Shown piece by piece: positions 59,590 to 64,000 of a DNA stretch of 64,000 bases. Under the pieces are notes generated by a model. The model was not told the origin of the DNA, did no database searches, and saw only the letters and a program-made list of their open reading frames with translations. The translations under genes and the position numbers were made by a program. Numbering within the stretch: the stretch's first letter is position 1; every line of letters begins with the position of its first letter. The stretch spans positions 2,272,001 through 2,336,000 of the forward strand of contig OZ219754.1 of the NCBI GenBank assembly GCA_964291295.2, read 5' to 3'. The stretch comes from an uncultured Candidatus Binatia bacterium. GTDB lineage: Bacteria; Desulfobacterota; Binatia; UBA9968; JAJDTQ01.

Positions 59590-59881
59590 CCTGGCGGCCC
59601 TGCGCGCGAACCTGAGCTTGGGTCCCGCGCACGGGCGAACGGAGAGCGGTCTCGGGCAGTGGTTCGACCACAGCCTGCCAGCGGCCGCATCCGGCGAAGC
59701 GTCGGAAGAGGCGGAGGGCCTTCTGGAGGCCGAGGTGGGCCACGGGTTCGGCCTTGCCGGTCCGGGGCCTCTGGCGGTGCTGACGCCCTGGGCCGGGCTG
59801 AGGCGGGCGGAGGCGGGTGGGGGAAAAGCGCGGCGGCAACGGGTCAGGCAGTACCTCGGCTTGACATTTGGTTCCGTGTGA
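59590..59881 (+). pseudogene. Fragment resembling an autotransporter-like beta-barrel C-terminus
   Basis: LSLGPAHGRTESGLGQWF...LEAEVGHGFGL....VLTPWAGL; no start or upstream domains. Confidence 0.45.
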
Positions 59882-59949
59882 CAAAAAAGTATTCCAGCAG
59901 CAGGTAATGCCTTCCGCTTATCTGACCAAGTGACAGGGATGGAGGGACC

Positions 59950-60050
59950 ATGACAACAAAACACGACGTCACGACACCGCAGACCGGCTGTCTTTGGGTA
60001 CGCATCCTCCCCGGCCGGGTCTTCCGCGGTACGTGTCGGCTCGCCGCTTG
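59950..60050 (+). pseudogene. Native 5' end (signal-peptide n-region) of the metalloprotease gene, cut off by IS5
   Basis: ggaggg RBS plus ATG at 59950; removing 60051-61172 rejoins ...GTCRLAA-C-SLPVLAG in frame. Confidence 0.75.
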
Positions 60051-61168
60051 GGATAGTCTGAACAAGTCCTATAAGGTAGTGGTAGATGGGGAAGGATAAA
60101 GGAAGGAGAGGAAGGAGAGGAAGGAGGTGCCGTTTGGGGAGTTGGAGTATGATGCGAAGAAGCGAGTGACGCGGCGGGAAGTCTTTCTTGAGAAGATGGA
60201 GAGATTGATACCGTGGGAACGTTTGGAGAGCCGGATCAAGCCGTATTACGCGAAGGCGGGGCGAGGCCGGCGACCGTACCCTTTGCGGACGATGCTGCGA
60301 GTGCATTGCGTGCAGTTGTTTTATAATCTGAGCGATCCGGGGATGGAGGACATGCTCTACGAGTTGGAGTCGGTGCGGCGGTTTGTGGGATTGCGGTTGA
60401 GCGGGGCGTTGCCGGACGAGACAACGATAGTGAACTTTCGTCATTTGCTGGAGAGCCACGAACTGGGGGCAGAGTTGTTTGAAGAGATCCACGCGCACTT
60501 GGCGTGGCAGGGTCACCGGCTCAAGCGGGGAACGATCGTGGATGCGACTCTTCTTGAGGCGCCGAGTTCGACGAAGAACCAGGCGAAGGAGCGGGATCCG
60601 GAGATGCACCAGACGAAGAAGGGGAACCCGTGGTATTTCGGGATGAAGGTGCATATCGGGGTGGAGGCCGAGTCGGGTCTGACCCACAGCGTGGCGACGA
60701 CGGCAGCGCACAAGGCAGACGTTTCGGAGGCGCATCAAGTGCTGCACGGCCGCGAGACCGCGGTGTGGGGGGACGCCGGCTACCAAGGAGTGGGCCAGCG
60801 TGAGGAGAACCGCTCGCACAAGGTGACGTGGCGGGTGGCGATGAAGCCGAGTCTGCGGCGAAAGCTTGACAGGGACAGTGCCGAGGGGATCGCCGAGAAA
60901 CGCAAGGCATCGATACGGGCGAAAGTAGAGCACCCGTTCTTGTACCTGAAGCGTCACTTCGGTTACCGCAAGGTGCGTTACCAAGGACTGGCCAAGAACA
61001 CCCGGCCCATCGCACTGCTGCTGGGTTTCACCAACCTGCTCATGTCGATCCAAGCCGCCAACGCGGCTCGATATTCATCACGGCAACGCCCTCTCTCCCC
61101 TCTCCACACTCCCGTATCCTCCTCTTCAAACCAATCGTGCCTGTCTGGACCCCTTGTTCAGACCTTCC
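60051..61168 (+). mobile_element. IS5-family insertion sequence (about 1.12 kb)
   Basis: IRL ggatagtctgaacaag, IRR cttgttcagaccttcc, flanks CTTG/CTAG; transposase GRRPYPL..MLR.H, PDETTI..FRH, GTIVDAT, WYFGMK.HIGV, GDAGYQG, RAKVEHPF. Confidence 0.95.
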
Positions 61169-62937
61169 CTAGCAGCCTGCCGGTGCTGGCGGGCCTGCCG
61201 GTGCTGGCGGGCACGCTGGTGCTGGCGGGCACGCTGGTGCTGGCAACAGTCGCGCGGGCGGAATTTCCTCCGGATGACCCCGCCCAGGCCGTCTGTCCGG
61301 GCGCGCAGACGGCGCCCGCCCGCCCCGACAGCCTGCTGTCTGCCTGCCCGGACCCACAAGTTTCCGCTGCGTCATCTGTCGCTGCGCAAACCGACAGCAC
61401 TGCGCCGCCCCCCGCAACGCCCGGACGGTATCTGCGGCAGGACAGCACGCGGACGAGAAACAGGAGCGCCGCCGACCTGCAGCCGAGCTGGAACGATCTG
61501 AACTCCCTGGCCGCCAAGGTGGGATTCACGCCGCCGGAGACGGCGCAGGCCGGAGAGGCGAGGAAGAACACCCTTTTGCGGCTGCGCACCGCCCATGACG
61601 GTACCGAAGCATCGAAGACGGCGTTTCACGCCGTTCCCGCCGACTCCATCGTCTTGCTGGGTGAGCGCAACGGCATCGCCTACGGCACCTGGAAGGCCGG
61701 CCCGGCCGGAACCCTCCCCATCAAGAATTACTTCAAAGCGCACGACGACGACTTGAACCCGAAAGTTTCCGCCCATTTCAAGGCCTCTCTGCGCCGCTCG
61801 GGGAAAATCTGGTCGAAGCGGCTGGTTGACGATGGCCGAAAAAACCACGTCACGCTTCTGGACGGCACCAGAGTCAGGAACGTCCACGGTGTCGTTATTC
61901 AGACCCGATTTCATAACAGGGGCGACGCAGCGAGTGCGAAAGTACTGGACTATGAAGGTGGTCAGGATGAGGAGGCCTACAAGGTCTACAATGGAAGAAT
62001 TCGCCTGCCGATCTCTTTTAACGGCAATGGTCTCCACGACGGCTGGGTCCAGACCATCGCCCACGAGATCGGCCATATCCTCGGGGTGGCACACAAAGGC
62101 ACGGAATACTTCAAAAAGTATTACGACCCCGAGGCCCATACCTGGAAGGGGCCGAATGCGATGCGCGTAAACGGCGGCAAGCCGGTCCCCATGCAGTGGG
62201 TGAGTGAGACTTCGTGGACGACGGTCATGGAACCGCATGCCGAGGGCGCAAGGCGCGACACGTCGCATCTGGCCCTTTGTTCCTCCATTATGGCCTACTG
62301 CAACAACCGGTATGGCGGCGGCGCCCCGTCGGAGATCGACTTCGCCTTCCTTCAGGATATCGGCGTCAAGGTTGTCGACGCGAAGACCGCCGCCGAGACC
62401 GAGCGCTACGGACATCTCTCCTGGGGCGAATGGGCGGTATGGGGCGCCAGCGTGGGGCGCGACTTGCAGGACAACTATATCGGAACCCCTGGCGACTTCG
62501 TGCAGGCCCACGCCGAGGCCTTCGGCACCGCTCCTGACACAACCCTCTCCGCCAACAGCGCGCTCACGGGCACCGTCGTGTGGAACGGGAGCCTGGTCGG
62601 CGTCGACCTGGGCCGAAGCCGCATGCCTCCAGTGGTTGGCAGTGCGGAACTGAGCGTCGACCTTGCCACGCTGGCTGGCACGGCCCGCTTCAGCGGCCTC
62701 AAAGTGCATCTCGGCGGCAACAACGTACTGCGCCGCCGCGCCTACAACCTGCCGTTCCGCAAGTCGGAACTCAGCTATGCCATCGCCGTCACCGGCAACG
62801 ACTTCGCCGACGCCGATGACAGGGTGAGCGGCAGCTTCTACGGCCCGGCCCACCAGGAGATGGCCGGCGTGCTCAATGACGTTCGGGACGATGTCAAGCT
62901 GCTCGCCGGCTTCGGCGGTGCCCGGACGGGCGAATAG
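60127..62937 (+). CDS. In-frame fusion ORF: IS5 transposase read through into a secreted zinc metalloprotease with C-terminal TbpB-like barrel
   Basis: No stop across the IRR; HEIGH zincin motif, WKGPNA, SH, SIM; C-terminal GSFYGPAHQEMAG...AGFGGAR. Confidence 0.8.
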   Translation: MPFGELEYDAKKRVTRREVFLEKMERLIPWERLESRIKPYYAKAGRGRRPYPLRTMLRVHCVQLFYNLSDPGMEDMLYELESVRRFVGLRLSGALPDETTIVNFRHLLESHELGAELFEEIHAHLAWQGHRLKRGTIVDATLLEAPSSTKNQAKERDPEMHQTKKGNPWYFGMKVHIGVEAESGLTHSVATTAAHKADVSEAHQVLHGRETAVWGDAGYQGVGQREENRSHKVTWRVAMKPSLRRKLDRDSAEGIAEKRKASIRAKVEHPFLYLKRHFGYRKVRYQGLAKNTRPIALLLGFTNLLMSIQAANAARYSSRQRPLSPLHTPVSSSSNQSCLSGPLVQTFPSSLPVLAGLPVLAGTLVLAGTLVLATVARAEFPPDDPAQAVCPGAQTAPARPDSLLSACPDPQVSAASSVAAQTDSTAPPPATPGRYLRQDSTRTRNRSAADLQPSWNDLNSLAAKVGFTPPETAQAGEARKNTLLRLRTAHDGTEASKTAFHAVPADSIVLLGERNGIAYGTWKAGPAGTLPIKNYFKAHDDDLNPKVSAHFKASLRRSGKIWSKRLVDDGRKNHVTLLDGTRVRNVHGVVIQTRFHNRGDAASAKVLDYEGGQDEEAYKVYNGRIRLPISFNGNGLHDGWVQTIAHEIGHILGVAHKGTEYFKKYYDPEAHTWKGPNAMRVNGGKPVPMQWVSETSWTTVMEPHAEGARRDTSHLALCSSIMAYCNNRYGGGAPSEIDFAFLQDIGVKVVDAKTAAETERYGHLSWGEWAVWGASVGRDLQDNYIGTPGDFVQAHAEAFGTAPDTTLSANSALTGTVVWNGSLVGVDLGRSRMPPVVGSAELSVDLATLAGTARFSGLKVHLGGNNVLRRRAYNLPFRKSELSYAIAVTGNDFADADDRVSGSFYGPAHQEMAGVLNDVRDDVKLLAGFGGARTGE
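61177..61245. repeat. 18-bp tandem repeat (about 4 copies) encoding LPVLAG/TLVLAG in the signal-peptide h-region
   Basis: ctgccggtgctggcgggc x2, acgctggtgctggcgggc, acgctggtgctggca. Confidence 0.85.
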
Positions 62938-62997
62938 CCGCCGGTTCCCGACGGCGGCACGGCCCGCGGCGGCGCATGCATCGGCAGCCTGGTTTCG

Positions 62998-63170
62998 GGA
63001 AGGGTCTGAACAAGCTGACTGTGTCATGATCGGGTAACAGGGTCACGGGGTTGATCCAGCCGTTCGGTCCCTCCGGGATCCACTTGCGCCTGGCGTATTG
63101 CGCCCGGCCCTTGGCATCGGCCGCGCGGGACCGCGTGTTCTCCGAGTAACCGACGAATCTCCTTGCCGCG
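62998..63170 (-). mobile_element. IS remnant: IS5-like terminal repeat plus a short transposase fragment
   Basis: ggaagggtctgaacaag at 62998-63014 resembles the IS5 IR; minus strand KGRAQYARRKWIPEGPNGWI resembles the Y..R...E.....IK DDE segment. Confidence 0.55.
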
Positions 63171-63197
63171 TTGAACCGCGTTGAATTGAGGCACATC

Positions 63198-63704
63198 ATG
63201 AATCAAAGCGTAGGTGCGCAGTTTCCTGACCTGGCCCTCAAGGACTCATCGGGCCAGGAAGTGAAGTTTTCCGAGATCACCGAGGGACGGTTTCCCTTGG
63301 TGGTGGTGTTCTATCGCGGCTACTGGTGAGGGAAGTGCCTGGTGCAGTTGCGCCATCTGGTCATCCTGCAGGAAGAGCTTCCCGCCGCCTATTGCCGCGC
63401 CGCCGCCGTCAGCGTCGATCCACCCCCGGTGAACGGCGCTCTCAGGAACGGTCTCGGGGCGTCGTTCCCGTTTCTCAGCGACCAGAAGCACACGGCCATC
63501 AAGGCGCTGGACATCGTCGACACCTCGGACCGCAAGCACGGGACCCTCGCGATTCCGTACGCCTTCTCTCTGTTGCCGGATCTCACCGTCCATCGCATCT
63601 ACAACGGTTGGTACTACGTGGGACGGCCCACGAACGAGGAGTTGCGGGCCGACATGCGGGCCATGATCCAGCGCTGCCGCGGCGACTACGACTCCCAAGC
63701 CTGA
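63198..63704 (+). CDS. AhpC/TSA peroxiredoxin-like selenoprotein (UxxC)
   Basis: ATG 63198 MNQSVGAQFPDLALKDSSG..V...LVVVFYRGYW-TGA(63327-63329)-GKC, in frame with ORF 63342-63704 (FPFLSD, YVGRPT.EELR). Confidence 0.85.
63340..63355 (+). promoter_or_regulatory. Putative bacterial SECIS hairpin
   Basis: UGGUGC-AGUU-GCGCCA stem-loop starting at the 11th nt after the in-frame UGA, with a G in the loop. Confidence 0.6.
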
Positions 63705-63754
63705 AGAGGGGCGCCGGGTGGTCGATACCCCGGTTTTGTGTTAGTTCCAGGGCC

Positions 63755-64000
63755 ATGATCGAACCACAGGAAATCGAGGAGACGCTGGGGCGGGTTTTCC
63801 CGGGCTGCGCGGTGCCGATGATCAAGGATCTGACCGGCGGCGGCGACCACTACCAGGTGGTCATCGTGCATGATTCGTTTGCCGGCAAGGGTCTCATCGA
63901 CCAGCACAAGATGGTCTACGAGGCGCTCAAGGACGAGTTGGGCGACGAACGCATACACGCGCTGTCGTTGAAGACCTTCACGCCCGGGCAATGGGAGAAA
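63755..64000 (+). CDS. bolA: BolA-family protein (runs off the window)
   Basis: DLTGGGDHYQVVIV...FAGKGLIDQHKMVYEAL......IHALSLKT. Confidence 0.92.
   Translation, partial: MIEPQEIEETLGRVFPGCAVPMIKDLTGGGDHYQVVIVHDSFAGKGLIDQHKMVYEALKDELGDERIHALSLKTFTPGQWEK

Overview
High-GC bacterial window. Housekeeping and metabolic blocks: an NMT1/SsuA-type ABC importer with an FMN alpha-hydroxy-acid oxidase, MFS, MscS, GlcG, cupin-eutA-thrC, MsbA-like ABC, ALDH/enoyl-CoA hydratase, ald, folD-gcvTHP, tatA, a SAM-I-riboswitch-controlled moeB-thrC2-sulfur carrier-cysteine synthase operon, and bolA. These alternate with accessory islands: a decayed integrase/TA/IS1634 island, a 12.7-kb DISARM-related helicase-SNF2-methyltransferase defence locus, a low-GC TIR plus membrane-protein cassette between IS remnants, a TA/gene-fragment graveyard, an RTX pseudogene, and an IS5 inserted in a secreted metalloprotease gene. 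The most striking signal is in the defence methyltransferase. It carries a C13 tract and a 20-copy octamer repeat, and the octamer sits immediately upstream of three tandem, divergent copies of a putative target-recognition segment in two reading frames, suggesting a repeat-driven specificity switch. Also notable are a UxxC peroxiredoxin-like selenoprotein whose N-terminus is missed by the ORF track and a 21-copy 13-mer array inside a riboswitch leader. All assignments come from motif recognition by eye; no database searches were run.
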